A DNA stretch of 64,000 nt from an uncultured Planctomycetia bacterium (GTDB taxonomy: Bacteria; Omnitrophota; Gorgyraeia; Taenaricolales; CAZCCH01), in assembly GCA_964497315.1 (NCBI GenBank), contig CAZCCH010000004.1, positions 18,307-82,306 of the forward strand, written 5' to 3'. Both the position numbers and the translations under genes were made by a program. The notes under the pieces are model-generated. The model was not told the origin of the DNA. It was given only the letters and a program-made list of their open reading frames with translations, and did no database searches. Shown here piece by piece: positions 49,215-60,018 of this stretch (position 1 is the first letter of the stretch; the number at the start of each line of letters is the position of its first letter).

Positions 49215-50186
49215 TTATTCGATAATTTCTCTGATGTAAAAAGTTTTAGACCTATCCAATTCATGATAAACCTTGCTGACAATTTCACCAAGAAGGCCAA
49301 GTGTTAAAAACTGTATGCCTGTAATAAAGAGGAGTATGGAAAGAATAAAAAGAACGGGCCTGTGCACAAGTATCCCAAGGCCAAAGGCATACTTTAAAAA
49401 GATAAGATAGGACATTACAGTAAACCCTGCCAATGAAACAAACAGTCCGAATGTCCCAAAAAACTGAAGCGGTCGTGAAAGATATCTAGATAAAAAATTA
49501 ATTCTTAATAAATCGAAAAATACTGTCCATGTCCGCAACAGGTTGTAGCTCGACCTACCCCGGTTCCTTTCAATATTTTTTATAGGTATTTCAATAATGG
49601 AAGCTCCAGTTTTAGAAGCTAAAACAGGTATAAATCTATGGAAATCACCATAAAGCTTTACATTCTTTATCACTTCTTTCCTGTAGGCCTTAAACGTTGT
49701 GCCAAAATCATGCAGCTTTATGCCTGACATTTTAGCCATTGCCATGTTAGCAATAAACGAAGGTATTCTTCTTAGCCAAAAGTTATCGACCCTATTTTTT
49801 CTCCATCCACTGACAACATCGTAACCTTTATCAATATGCCTAATAAATGACGGTAAATCTTCCGGGTCATGCTGTAAATCTGAATCCATGAGTACAATAA
49901 TGCTGCCGTGAGAATATTCTATGCCTGCGGATAAAGATGCAGTTTGGCCAAAATTTCTTTTTAATCTGACAATCTTAACTTTTTCATCCTTATGGTTTAT
50001 CTCTTTTAGGAGTGCGGCTGAATTGTCAGTTGATCCATCATCCACAAAAATTAATTCATATGTTCTTTCAAGCTTAACAAGTACAGCGCTGAGTTTATCG
50101 TAAAGCTCCTGTAGATTTTCTTCTTCATTAAAAACTGGCAATACAACAGATATATCGCATGGATATTGCGTATTAGTCTCTTCCAT
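49215..50186 (-). CDS. ArnC-like undecaprenyl-phosphate glycosyltransferase (GT2 with C-terminal TM hairpin).
   Basis: The product is 323 aa. The segments ISVVLPVFNEEENLQELYDKL..ELIFVDDGSTDNSAALL..DSDLQHDPEDLP are nearly colinear with E. coli ArnC. Two C-terminal TM helices are present. Confidence 0.8.
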   Translation of the reverse strand: MEETNTQYPCDISVVLPVFNEEENLQELYDKLSAVLVKLERTYELIFVDDGSTDNSAALLKEINHKDEKVKIVRLKRNFGQTASLSAGIEYSHGSIIVLMDSDLQHDPEDLPSFIRHIDKGYDVVSGWRKNRVDNFWLRRIPSFIANMAMAKMSGIKLHDFGTTFKAYRKEVIKNVKLYGDFHRFIPVLASKTGASIIEIPIKNIERNRGRSSYNLLRTWTVFFDLLRINFLSRYLSRPLQFFGTFGLFVSLAGFTVMSYLIFLKYAFGLGILVHRPVLFILSILLFITGIQFLTLGLLGEIVSKVYHELDRSKTFYIREIIE

Positions 50187-51592
50187 TACGCTTTTCCTTT
50201 CTTGTGAATTACATCATTTTCATTTGCAGGGTGATCTGATAATCTTTTTAACGCATATGTCAGTGCAAAAGTAAACCATAAAAATCTAAAATTCATTATG
50301 TCCATATCAATGCCTTGGATTGTAAAAGCCACCAAAATTGAAAAAAATGTCCACGCAAGAAATTTTTCATGCTTGGTATGAGCTGCCTTATGTGCATTAA
50401 AGGAATATTTTAAAAAATAAACCCAAACCATTAAAAGTGAAAAAAGGCCCAGGATGCCTGTTTCCGCCAATCTACCCAAAAATGTACAATGAGGATCAAG
50501 GAGTGGAAATTTTTCGGGCAGTTTAGAGGTCTTGCGTAAATAGGCTATTTTATCACGAAATGTCCCAAGCCCAATTCCAATATAAGGTTTTGTTAAAAAT
50601 TCTTTATATGCGAATTTTTTAAGTGCTAAATAATGCGTTTCTGTTATACCAAGGCTAAAATTGGCTCTTAATAGGCCCTTTATGGGATCTACGATGGATG
50701 TATCCTCTACTACATTAAATTCTTTATCGTAATAATGATTAAATTGCACCTCAACTGGTTCCCACAGAGAAATACATATAATAAATATTCCAAAGACAAT
50801 AACAAAAAGAAGTAAAAAATTCTTTGCGAACTTCATTAAAAAACTCGCGTTTTGTACTTTAGTCATCATTAAACATAAACACACAGCAAGACCTAGCCAT
50901 CCGCGTGAAAAAGTAAAGAATAAAGCAAGAAACAATACACATAAACTGATAATCCAATAGTTTCTTTCTTTTTTATTTTTCGAAGCATGCGCTTTCCAGA
51001 TGGTCAATGGTATTCCGATAGTCAAATAGCTGCTTAAAAATTTAGCATTTGGCATAAAAGTAGAGCGGGCCCTAAACACATGCCCTAAATATGGAAACAC
51101 CTTATATTCCATTACAAGAAAAGTATTAATTTTAAAGAAGCATGCCAAAAATATTCCAAGGACGCCCAGTGATGCAACAGCAATGCTGGTAAAAATCCAC
51201 AAATCTACTGCAAGATGTAAACGTTCTTTGCTTCTAATTACCTCAATAAGCAAAGCGAATAACAAAACAGTATACACAATGCTGGCAAACTCAACTATGC
51301 TCTCTTTTACATTGATTGAATTCATAAATGAAGGCAGAGAACATAAAATATACAGCAATAAAACATAATGGACATTTTTGGCTTTTAATGTAATTTTACC
51401 TTGAAAAATTTTCAACATAAACGAGGCAAAAAGGAGTATAAACGCAAAATCTGCCAATTGAACTCTTCCGCCAAGCGGCTGCTGAAATAGTGGGCTCTCA
51501 GGTGTATTTAACATTATAGGTACAGATATTAGCAATAAAACAAAGGCAAAAAGTCCAAAATCTGTAATTATATTCTTAATAATACGAAACAT
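50186..51592 (-). CDS. Polytopic membrane protein, O-antigen ligase/polymerase (Wzy_C)-like.
   Basis: The product is 468 aa with at least 10 predicted TM helices. It has an FTFSRGWLGL segment like the O-antigen ligase family, and a large loop toward the C-terminus. Confidence 0.45.
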   Translation of the reverse strand: MFRIIKNIITDFGLFAFVLLLISVPIMLNTPESPLFQQPLGGRVQLADFAFILLFASFMLKIFQGKITLKAKNVHYVLLLYILCSLPSFMNSINVKESIVEFASIVYTVLLFALLIEVIRSKERLHLAVDLWIFTSIAVASLGVLGIFLACFFKINTFLVMEYKVFPYLGHVFRARSTFMPNAKFLSSYLTIGIPLTIWKAHASKNKKERNYWIISLCVLFLALFFTFSRGWLGLAVCLCLMMTKVQNASFLMKFAKNFLLLFVIVFGIFIICISLWEPVEVQFNHYYDKEFNVVEDTSIVDPIKGLLRANFSLGITETHYLALKKFAYKEFLTKPYIGIGLGTFRDKIAYLRKTSKLPEKFPLLDPHCTFLGRLAETGILGLFSLLMVWVYFLKYSFNAHKAAHTKHEKFLAWTFFSILVAFTIQGIDMDIMNFRFLWFTFALTYALKRLSDHPANENDVIHKKGKA

Positions 51593-51593
51593 A

Positions 51594-53444
51594 TTATAAA
51601 TACCCTTTCCAGAAGTAATAAATAATGCTTACGTATTCATGTATAATGGCGCGTATGTGCTTGGCCATCACAACTTTTCTGTCGGCAAAAAATAGACTAT
51701 GGGATACTGGAGCATAGGTAACAACCAAATGAGGAGCTATTTTTTTATAAATTAAGGATACCCTCCTCATATGATAAGGCGAACTCACTACAAGAACTTT
51801 CTTCCAATTATAAGAAAAGGCTATCTTATTAGTGTAGAGCACATTTTCATATGTGCTGGCTGCCTCTTTATCCAGTAAAATAACGCCTGCAGGAACCCCC
51901 ATAGAAATGGCCAAATCTTTCATTTTCTCTGCTTCTTGCAGCATATAAACATAGCCCGAAGAAAATACCAAATAATCCACAAAACCTCTTTTATACAAGC
52001 TTACGGCATGCGCAACCCTTTCTTCATACCCCTGCCCTGCCTGTCCTGACTCACCTACTCCTCCGGCAAAGACTACAGCGGCATCTGCTGATGCCGGAGG
52101 CTGTCTTATTTCTAAAGGCCTTGCAATAAACCACAAAAACTGTGTATGGAATAACAATAAATAGGCTAAGATACATATTGCGGCTATTCTGACTGTCTTT
52201 TTCCGAGATGCCCTGTAAAATTGCAGTAGGCTTTCTTTCCACAGCAGGTCTTTACCACGCTTCCTCTCTTCTACTGCCTGTTCTATCAAATTACTCATTT
52301 GATCAATCCTGTTCTTCCAGGTATTCTCATGGGCTATCTCAATCTTTCTTTGTATGTCTTCTTCGCGATTCACGTCTTCAACCGCATTCCTGATACCCTC
52401 AGTAAAATCTTTGGAGGTTTTACACATAGAAACCACATCCTTATATCGCTTATTGAACTTTTCTATTTCTGGAAGATCTGTAGATACCACCGGCTTACCA
52501 AGAGCCAAATATTCGTTTAGCTTGGTAGGATAGACATTCATTGTATAATCTGTTAGGATATACGGAATTATTCCCACATCAAATAAATTAACATAATATG
52601 GCAATTGTTCATGAGGCTTATGTCCTAAGAAATAGACATTTTTTATTTTTGATAACTTAGAAACGTTTTCTTGAAGCGGGCCCACGAAAACAAAAGAATA
52701 ATGCGGAAATTCCCTAGCCAAACTTCCAATTAAATCTTGATCAACCCACTTATGTATGCCGCCTACATAACCAATTACAGGACCTTTAATTTTTCTTAAG
52801 TCTTCGGGAACATAAGGCTGTTCTTCAAGCCTTGTCTTATCAAAATTTTCAATGTTTACGCCAAAAGGAAATTTATAAACTTTTTCATTGTATGCCAAAC
52901 AGTAATTATACAGCTCTTCTGCCGTAACAAATACAACATCTGCCTGTGAAATGAAATTTTGCTCTGACCGTTTTATTTTATGTACTGCTGGCGAACTTGC
53001 AGAAAAATTATCAATACAATAATAAATACTAACTTTAACATCCAGACTGTTAATAAGATCTAACGATAACGCTGTAGGTAAAAATGACCATACGACAACA
53101 TCGTTAAAACCCATAACCTTCGTCCATTTTCTTAAATTAGTCAATAATAGCCTTTTATTAATCCATCTTGCTATGCGTGAATATGGGAATGGTAATACTA
53201 CAGGTGAAAACACATAGAGATTTTCTCTTTCTTTTCTTATGCCGCTAATACCCCTGCGCCAGTTAAGTAAACGTTTTTTTAAACGTGGTAAATCTCGCAA
53301 TCTTGGTACCCTAACACCCGTATTTTCTATAAAAAGGACTCTATTACCATTATCTGCCAACCTAGACATTATTTCTTGATGCCCCTGCCAGATAAAATCC
53401 CAATCTATAGAAGATATGCATATAATATTTTCATTCTTTAGCAT
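51594..53444 (-). CDS. Fusion: GT4-type glycosyltransferase (N) plus membrane segment plus DUF218 (SanA/YdcF/ElyC-like) domain (C).
   Basis: The product is 616 aa. It has a TuaH-like opening ICISSIDWDFIWQGHQEIMSRLA and GT-B features in the N-terminal part. A TM helix follows near aa 410. The C-terminal DUF218 block is VVFAGGVGESGQ...VVSSPYHMRR. Confidence 0.6.
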   Translation of the reverse strand: MLKNENIICISSIDWDFIWQGHQEIMSRLADNGNRVLFIENTGVRVPRLRDLPRLKKRLLNWRRGISGIRKERENLYVFSPVVLPFPYSRIARWINKRLLLTNLRKWTKVMGFNDVVVWSFLPTALSLDLINSLDVKVSIYYCIDNFSASSPAVHKIKRSEQNFISQADVVFVTAEELYNYCLAYNEKVYKFPFGVNIENFDKTRLEEQPYVPEDLRKIKGPVIGYVGGIHKWVDQDLIGSLAREFPHYSFVFVGPLQENVSKLSKIKNVYFLGHKPHEQLPYYVNLFDVGIIPYILTDYTMNVYPTKLNEYLALGKPVVSTDLPEIEKFNKRYKDVVSMCKTSKDFTEGIRNAVEDVNREEDIQRKIEIAHENTWKNRIDQMSNLIEQAVEERKRGKDLLWKESLLQFYRASRKKTVRIAAICILAYLLLFHTQFLWFIARPLEIRQPPASADAAVVFAGGVGESGQAGQGYEERVAHAVSLYKRGFVDYLVFSSGYVYMLQEAEKMKDLAISMGVPAGVILLDKEAASTYENVLYTNKIAFSYNWKKVLVVSSPYHMRRVSLIYKKIAPHLVVTYAPVSHSLFFADRKVVMAKHIRAIIHEYVSIIYYFWKGYL

Positions 53445-53457
53445 AACTGCCCACTTT

Positions 53458-54786
53458 TCACTTTATAGCTTCTTCCAGCACTTCCTTTAACTGTCTCGTA
53501 AGCCGTCTTCTGTCAAATTTTTTCACAATATAATCATTTATCTTTCTGTTTTGGTCTTCTCCTGCCTTGTACTTGCTATAGAATTCATACACTGCATTGC
53601 TAATAGCCTTGATATCCTCTGGAGAAACAACTTTGCCGCATTGAACTTCTTGAACAACTTCACTGATAGCTCCCTTGTTACACAAAGCCAAAATAGGACG
53701 TCCTGCCCCAATATAATCAAAGATTTTAGCCGACAGAAATCTATGTGCAATTTCTACTTGGTCCTCTATAAACAAGAGAAGGTCGCTGCTAATCATACGG
53801 CTCAAGGTATCCCTGTAACTCAAGAATCCAGAAAAGGAAACGATTTTCTTAAGTATCGGGCTATTAACTAATGAGATTATCTCTGGTTCAATGTCACCTA
53901 TAAATGAAAGATTTATGTCATCTGCGATGTGCGGGTTTTTACTTATTAAATTCTCCAAGCCCATAAGAAAATACTTAGGTGAGCGGTGCTTGTAAAGAGA
54001 ACCAGCGCATATAATAGAAAATTTCTCTTTTCTACTGATTTTAACGTTAGTAAAATCATCAAGATCAAAACCGTTTGTGATACAAACAAATTTATGTTCA
54101 TAAGCCCTGTATCTTCTTCTAAAATTTTCTACAATGGGCTCTGTTACAGATATGACTGTATCAGAGTTTTTAATTACAAATCTCTCCATATTCTCTTCTA
54201 TCTTGCATCTTAGCTTTTTCTTCTGTGGGAAAAAATACCTATTAAATTCAACCCATTCATCGCGAAAGTCAACAATAAGAGGCTTGCGGGTGATGAATTT
54301 CAATAAGACCCCTGTAAGAAAGCTGGAAAATGGCTCTCCCGTTGCATAGATAACATCTACTTTCTCATTTTTTATGACTGAGCTACCTTTTAATACTGCA
54401 AATGGAATCCAACCCACCCTTGTATCCGGAATCAGTATCCACCACTTTAGTTTTGATAAAAAAGAATAGAATATGTCTTTAATCATGCTAAATTTTTTGG
54501 TGGTTTTGGTATTCTCTGGTTTTAGGATGTTTGATATACGGTTATTAGATTCTATGGAATTAGTTCTGATAATTTTAATATCCTGGGGTATTTCATTTAT
54601 TAAATCGTAATCGTACACCGAAACAGACGGTTTCTTAACCGTCAAGACAATGGGTTCCCATTCGAATTCTTTTAAATATTTTACGAATTTTAATATCCTT
54701 CGTACTCGGCCTCCCCCAACAGGTGGGAAGCTATATGCTATCATCAATATCTTTTTCATATTGCCACTATTTAAAATATCTTTCAT
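53458..54786 (-). CDS. GT4 glycosyltransferase.
   Basis: The product is 442 aa. It has the N-terminus KKILMIAYSFPPVGGGRV and the C-terminal GT-B nucleotide-binding half. Confidence 0.7.
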   Translation of the reverse strand: MKDILNSGNMKKILMIAYSFPPVGGGRVRRILKFVKYLKEFEWEPIVLTVKKPSVSVYDYDLINEIPQDIKIIRTNSIESNNRISNILKPENTKTTKKFSMIKDIFYSFLSKLKWWILIPDTRVGWIPFAVLKGSSVIKNEKVDVIYATGEPFSSFLTGVLLKFITRKPLIVDFRDEWVEFNRYFFPQKKKLRCKIEENMERFVIKNSDTVISVTEPIVENFRRRYRAYEHKFVCITNGFDLDDFTNVKISRKEKFSIICAGSLYKHRSPKYFLMGLENLISKNPHIADDINLSFIGDIEPEIISLVNSPILKKIVSFSGFLSYRDTLSRMISSDLLLFIEDQVEIAHRFLSAKIFDYIGAGRPILALCNKGAISEVVQEVQCGKVVSPEDIKAISNAVYEFYSKYKAGEDQNRKINDYIVKKFDRRRLTRQLKEVLEEAIK

Positions 54787-56671
54787 GCCAATTAGTTAGG
54801 CACAAGAGGCTCCATATGTGATTTGAATCCATAAGTGCACTCTTAAACAACCCATCAATCTTTTTTTTATCAACAACCCCCAATTCATAAAGTGCTCCTG
54901 AATTAAGTGATTCCTCAATATAGCTCTTCAATGATCTACTTGCCCACAATTTAAAAGGAGTATTAAAACCAACCTTATCTTTTCTGTTAAGAATTGCATC
55001 AGGGAGGAGGTCTTTACCAGCTTCCCTTAGGACCTTTTTGGTTGCTAAATTTCCAATTTTTATCTCCTCTGGTATAGAAAAAGCCAGCTCAGCAATTCTG
55101 TAATCCAATAACGGAGATCTTGCCTCAACCGATGAAACCATGCTAATTCTATCATCTACGTGTAATAACGCAGGTAAATAAACCTTGAAATCAAAATATA
55201 GCATTTTATCCAAAATCCCGGCTCTATGACCTTTATTAAAAATTTGCAAAAATCTTTCGATTTGGCTCTTTTGTCTATTCCTTATAAAATCTTTCATATA
55301 AAAATGTTTTTGTCTGTTCATCGTGTTCATTAAATAGTAGTATCTTCTACCTAAATCACAACCAGACCTTGTAGCCAGAAACGTCAATAATTCTTTAATT
55401 GTAACTTTTGAAAAAATGCTCTTTGCTGCAGATAACACCGCCTTTCTCTTCTTTAACGACCTTATAAATATCTCCTCTGAATATGTCCTAATGTATCTAT
55501 GGTAACCTCCAAAAAGTTCATCTCCTCCTTCACCGCCAAGCAAAACTTTAACATGCGCCCTTGATGCCTCTTTTGCAATAAAATGCTGTGCGTACATGCC
55601 GGGGCCGCCTGCCGGTTCATCAAGATGCCAAATTAGATCTGAGAAAATACGTGAAAAATCCTCTGTGGATGGAATAACTTCGTTATATTTAATATTAGTC
55701 TCTTTAGCTAAAAGTCTTGCATAATGAGATTCGTCATATTGGGGATCCTCTGTAAATCTTCCGTTAAAACTTGTGATAGACTTGGGGGATTCTCTCGTCG
55801 CAATCATCCCAACAATACTTGAGTCTATACCTCCGCTTAATGAGAGACCAACAGATACGTCAGACCTTAACCTTAATCTTACAGAATCATATAATAAATC
55901 CTTTAATTGAATCGCATAATCTTCTTCAAGTCTATTCTCATAATTAAATTTAATATCCCAATAACGAGCGCTTTTAACATTATCTTTGGTAATTACGAGA
56001 TAATGTGCGGGTTTTAGCTTTTTTATGCCTTTAAAGAATGTAGCATCGCCAAGTGAAAACTGAAATGAAAGATAATCATAAATTGCATCTAGCTCTGGAG
56101 TTTTCTTAAAATTATCATATTCCAAAATTGACTTTATCTCGGAAGCAAATAAAATTTTGTCAGGGCCTATGGAATAATATAGCGGTTTTATGCCAATTCT
56201 GTCTCTTGCTAAAAATAATGATTTTTGTTTGCAGTCCCAAATTGCGATTGCGAACATACCGTTAAAACGCTGTAAGCAATCCACTCCAAATTCTTCATAA
56301 GCATGCAGGATTACTTCTGCATCTGTCTTTGTCTTAAATATATGCCCCTTACTTTTAAGAAAACTCTGCAGTTCAATATAATTATAAATACATCCATTAA
56401 ATACTAACCACACAGACCCATTCTCGTTGCTCATCGGCTGCTTAGCCGATTCAGATAAATCTATAATGCTCAGCCTACGATGTCCCAGTCCTATATCTCT
56501 GTCTTTATAAAACCCTTCATTGTCAGGGCCTCTGTGTGAAAGCATTGCTGTCATTCTTTTTAAAGACAGCTCATCGACATTCTTTCCATTTCGGTTATAG
56601 ATTCCGGTTATGCCGCACATATGTTTATTTCTCCAGAAAAATATAGAGGAAAAACCCAAATCTTTTTTCAA
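54767..56671 (-). CDS. Asparagine synthetase B-family amidotransferase, second paralogue.
   Basis: The mature start is probably the internal MCGITGIY near 56620, because the catalytic Cys must follow the initiator Met. It has the PP-loop SGGIDSS. Confidence 0.85.
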   Translation of the reverse strand: MKKDLGFSSIFFWRNKHMCGITGIYNRNGKNVDELSLKRMTAMLSHRGPDNEGFYKDRDIGLGHRRLSIIDLSESAKQPMSNENGSVWLVFNGCIYNYIELQSFLKSKGHIFKTKTDAEVILHAYEEFGVDCLQRFNGMFAIAIWDCKQKSLFLARDRIGIKPLYYSIGPDKILFASEIKSILEYDNFKKTPELDAIYDYLSFQFSLGDATFFKGIKKLKPAHYLVITKDNVKSARYWDIKFNYENRLEEDYAIQLKDLLYDSVRLRLRSDVSVGLSLSGGIDSSIVGMIATRESPKSITSFNGRFTEDPQYDESHYARLLAKETNIKYNEVIPSTEDFSRIFSDLIWHLDEPAGGPGMYAQHFIAKEASRAHVKVLLGGEGGDELFGGYHRYIRTYSEEIFIRSLKKRKAVLSAAKSIFSKVTIKELLTFLATRSGCDLGRRYYYLMNTMNRQKHFYMKDFIRNRQKSQIERFLQIFNKGHRAGILDKMLYFDFKVYLPALLHVDDRISMVSSVEARSPLLDYRIAELAFSIPEEIKIGNLATKKVLREAGKDLLPDAILNRKDKVGFNTPFKLWASRSLKSYIEESLNSGALYELGVVDKKKIDGLFKSALMDSNHIWSLLCLTNWHERYFK

Positions 56672-57473
56672 ACCATCTCATGCGATCTAAAAAACGTTCG
56701 TGACTCCCCCTTATATCAAAATCAATCTTCGAAAAATTTCTTACTAGTTCACTTGCTGCCTGTTTTGTATAGACCTTTGTTACAGGGTTTGCCCTGCCAT
56801 CGCTAACCCTTATTGCATATTGCGTAAGATCTTGCCAAGAAAACACGCTAACATCTTTTTTAATATCTTTTACGGAAGGCTTTAATCTGGCAATTAAATC
56901 TATCGTTGCGTTAGGCAGCAATTTAATTAAGAGGTATTTGAGCCGTAGTCTTACCAAAACATCCCAGTAATAAAAAATTGAATTTTTGTAATAAAGCATC
57001 AGGATGGCGTCGCCTCCTTTTTTTAAAACCCTGTAAATTTCATCTGCCGCCTTCTGAGTATCTACGGTATGGTGAATAACCCCGAGTGAATAGATCCTGT
57101 CAAAGGTATTATTTCCGTAAGGAAGATTTTCTGCATCGGCCTGCATAACCCTTGCTTTTTTGCCAAAGGTTTCAAATCGTTTTTTTGTAATAGAGGTTGA
57201 TCTAAAATTAAAATCAAGCGCGTAAAATTCCTGTGCGTAACTAGCCATTTTTAATGAGTGGCTCCCCATGCCACAACCTACCTCCAGAACTCTTTTATCG
57301 AAACAGCTACCATACTGCAGTATGGATGAATAAGGATATAACCTCTCAATAAGTTTATCATGCGTAAGGAAAAATTCATGCGTGCCTTCTTTAAGCTCGA
57401 TTCGATCAAAAGAACAGGGATTTTTATTCCAGAATTCTTTCACTCTGTTTTTTAGCAAGTTTTTTTTCTTCAT
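56625..57473 (-). CDS. Class I SAM-dependent methyltransferase.
   Basis: The product is 282 aa, with the motif I VLEVGCGMGSHSLKMA. Confidence 0.6.
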   Translation of the reverse strand: MKKKNLLKNRVKEFWNKNPCSFDRIELKEGTHEFFLTHDKLIERLYPYSSILQYGSCFDKRVLEVGCGMGSHSLKMASYAQEFYALDFNFRSTSITKKRFETFGKKARVMQADAENLPYGNNTFDRIYSLGVIHHTVDTQKAADEIYRVLKKGGDAILMLYYKNSIFYYWDVLVRLRLKYLLIKLLPNATIDLIARLKPSVKDIKKDVSVFSWQDLTQYAIRVSDGRANPVTKVYTKQAASELVRNFSKIDFDIRGSHERFLDRMRWFEKRFGFFLYIFLEK

Positions 57474-57574
57474 TTTGAATTACATTTAAACCTTTTACAT
57501 ATTCCAGCAAAAACCGAATTCTTTAATTAGACTAACGCCTGCGCGTTTCTTAAGGACTACCTATGATTTCTGGC

Positions 57575-59014
57575 TTAATGCAACAGGGAATATCCATAAT
57601 GTTTGACTCTATCCTTCCACCAACCGGCAATCTCATTCGGCAAGGCTACCCAGGCATTCTCTTTTGATAAATACTCCAGTATGTTTTTATAGACTTCAAT
57701 CCACCCGGGATATGCCTTAGTATCCCAAACCCTTAAATGCCACAGTATGCACGCAAAGCCGTTAAACTCTTTAATCTTCTCTAAAATCTGTATACATTTT
57801 CTTGTGGCTTCTTCGACTCCAAAATTTAATTCCATAAATAACGCGCTATCCATTATCACAAGTGGTAGCTCCAGAATCATATGCGCTCTTTTTAATGTCC
57901 GGTTATAAGGAAAAAATGGGAAGGCCGCTCCAGCACGGAAACCAAGGGCCTCATTATAGCCTAAAGACATATCATATTCAATACCGCTCTCGCGTTGGAC
58001 ATCCCAAGTTTTTTGATAGTCCAACCTGAGATAATGCTGACAAATACCTCCTACTTTATTCTTGATCACTCTTTCAAGCATATTCTTTTCTTCGGACAAT
58101 TTATCCTTATCAAGATAGCTCTCGTAGCTTCCGTGCAGACCTATTTCCCATCCACGTGCCTTTATTAATTCCATTATCTTAATAATTCTTGAATTATATA
58201 TCGAATATGTTGGATCATAAAGAATATTGCCCTGGTCAATTAAGGATGCAAAATTAAAAATAGACTTAAATCCGTATTTCCCCTCAAGTTTAATATAATC
58301 CTGAAAATTACAATATGGGTCTTTCAACTTAAAAGCTTTGTATATGAAACCCCAGATTATATGCTTGGTAGCCTGCTTTATTCCTTTAAACTTGTGTGCA
58401 TAACGCTTGAGCATATTAAGGCCTGAGTAAATATCTCCCTTAAATGGCTGATCCACATCATGTATAAGGCAAACTGAGAATTTCTTATTATCTTTATTTA
58501 AAGCTGTATAATCAAACTCCGCAGGAAACAATTTATCTAAAAGCTGCTTGAGAAGAAACGCGTAACTATTGACTACTGGAAAATCCAAAACTCCTAATTT
58601 TTTTAAAATTGTATAATTTCCAGAAAAACACCCCCAGGTATCGCGCCTTTTGTCTAACCTTTCTTCCTCGCGAGATAATAAATAAAAACTAGCTGCAATG
58701 ATATCAAATGTCAGATTGATTGCCTCATCTTCATAAAAATAAAGCGAGTCTCGTTTGGGCTTTTCTACGTACATTACAGGTATTCCATCTCGCCAATCTA
58801 GGGAAGGTTGATTCTCTAGCCATTTTTGATAATTGTCCGATGGAATTCCGATAGACTTCTCTTTGGCTTTGTAGCCATAACACAGGTGAGCCTTTTCATC
58901 GTCTCTTACAATTTTAAAACAAATACCCAGAACATAACCGTAGGTTTGGAAAATATATCTTGCCTCTTTTGCAAATGATAACTCTGGGTTAATTTTTACG
59001 TTTATAGTCTTCAT
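57575..59014 (-). CDS. ArnD/NodB-like polysaccharide deacetylase-domain protein, paralogue of the C-terminal module of 29308..31422.
   Basis: The product is 479 aa. It has CLIHDVDQPFKG and IGLHGSYESY motifs, colinear with the C-terminal domain of the 704-aa fusion. Confidence 0.5.
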   Translation of the reverse strand: MKTINVKINPELSFAKEARYIFQTYGYVLGICFKIVRDDEKAHLCYGYKAKEKSIGIPSDNYQKWLENQPSLDWRDGIPVMYVEKPKRDSLYFYEDEAINLTFDIIAASFYLLSREEERLDKRRDTWGCFSGNYTILKKLGVLDFPVVNSYAFLLKQLLDKLFPAEFDYTALNKDNKKFSVCLIHDVDQPFKGDIYSGLNMLKRYAHKFKGIKQATKHIIWGFIYKAFKLKDPYCNFQDYIKLEGKYGFKSIFNFASLIDQGNILYDPTYSIYNSRIIKIMELIKARGWEIGLHGSYESYLDKDKLSEEKNMLERVIKNKVGGICQHYLRLDYQKTWDVQRESGIEYDMSLGYNEALGFRAGAAFPFFPYNRTLKRAHMILELPLVIMDSALFMELNFGVEEATRKCIQILEKIKEFNGFACILWHLRVWDTKAYPGWIEVYKNILEYLSKENAWVALPNEIAGWWKDRVKHYGYSLLH

Positions 59015-60018
59015 GCGTCCTTATACATAAATTTTCTATATACCCTCTTCAATGACTGTACTCCTTTAGATCTTAAGCTCATAGCTTTGCTTATCTGGTA
59101 ATGCGGGATAAGCCTGACTCCAAACGTACTTTTGTAATCTGCTATGGTCTCTATATCTGCGCCCACGAAGTCTGTAATTGAATAATGCGGGGTTATTTTT
59201 TCCAAAATTTCCTTTACTATAAGCTGGTTGCCTCCAGTATTTAACAGTTGTGGATTGGAAGCAGCCATCCAATAAAAAAGCCTGTCATCATCTATTAAAA
59301 GAATTGCTCCGGAAATAACTCTATTATCTCTTGTTTTTGCTAAAAGCAGCTTGATGGATGATTTAGCAAAAAGATCTTTAAAAAAATCTAAAAATTTATC
59401 TTCGTCAAGATTTATGCATATTTTTTTCTTGCTAAACATTTGCTTCCATAAAATATAAAACTCTTTTATATCTTTGCTGTCTTCAATAAATACCCCATTA
59501 TCATGGGCATAAGCAGCTCGTCTTTCGATGTCTCTGCTGAGAGGTATTTCGTCGTTTTTGTTTCTGTAGTAAGTATATCGGACCGCGGTAGACCACCTCC
59601 TCCATATAAATGGCCTTATGTCCAAAAATCCTGGAGAATTAATAATAGTTACATAATCAAAGTTGTCTTCCAGGTAATCAATAATGCCATTCGATATGTC
59701 TTTGACATCGTTTTCAGACTTATAGTTATACTTTAGTGCTTTCAGCTCCACAATCAGGCCATTATATGGCGTAAGAAAAGGAACTTCTGCTATTCTGCCT
59801 TCCAGAGATTGCCTTACTCTTAAGCAACATCCCCCTACAATTCTCTCTCCTGAATAACAACACACAATCTTGAGATTTTGATTTGTCGCATGAGCAAATG
59901 AATCATTCCATAAAGATGAGTAAAATATTGGGCTTTTCGAATGTTGTTTAATAAAGTCTTCCCATCTGTCTAAGTCTTTACTTTGCAATTCTTTTACTAT
60001 ATATTTATTAGAATTCAT
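59011..60018 (-). CDS. Putative GNAT-fold FemAB/Acetyltransf_6-like (BioF2-like) acyl- or aminoacyl-transferase.
   Basis: The product is 335 aa. This is a weak family-level match only, resting on size, predicted fold pattern and the frequent presence of this family in exopolysaccharide loci. Confidence 0.3.
   Translation of the reverse strand: MNSNKYIVKELQSKDLDRWEDFIKQHSKSPIFYSSLWNDSFAHATNQNLKIVCCYSGERIVGGCCLRVRQSLEGRIAEVPFLTPYNGLIVELKALKYNYKSENDVKDISNGIIDYLEDNFDYVTIINSPGFLDIRPFIWRRWSTAVRYTYYRNKNDEIPLSRDIERRAAYAHDNGVFIEDSKDIKEFYILWKQMFSKKKICINLDEDKFLDFFKDLFAKSSIKLLLAKTRDNRVISGAILLIDDDRLFYWMAASNPQLLNTGGNQLIVKEILEKITPHYSITDFVGADIETIADYKSTFGVRLIPHYQISKAMSLRSKGVQSLKRVYRKFMYKDA

Noticed and set aside
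57474-57574. Short inverted repeat AACGC-CTGC-GCGTT followed by TTTCTT in the 101-bp intergenic gap.
   Set aside because: The stem is only 5 bp. The T-run is on the plus strand, where there are no genes. On the transcribed minus strand it lacks a U-tract. It is more likely a promoter or RBS-bearing spacer than a terminator.
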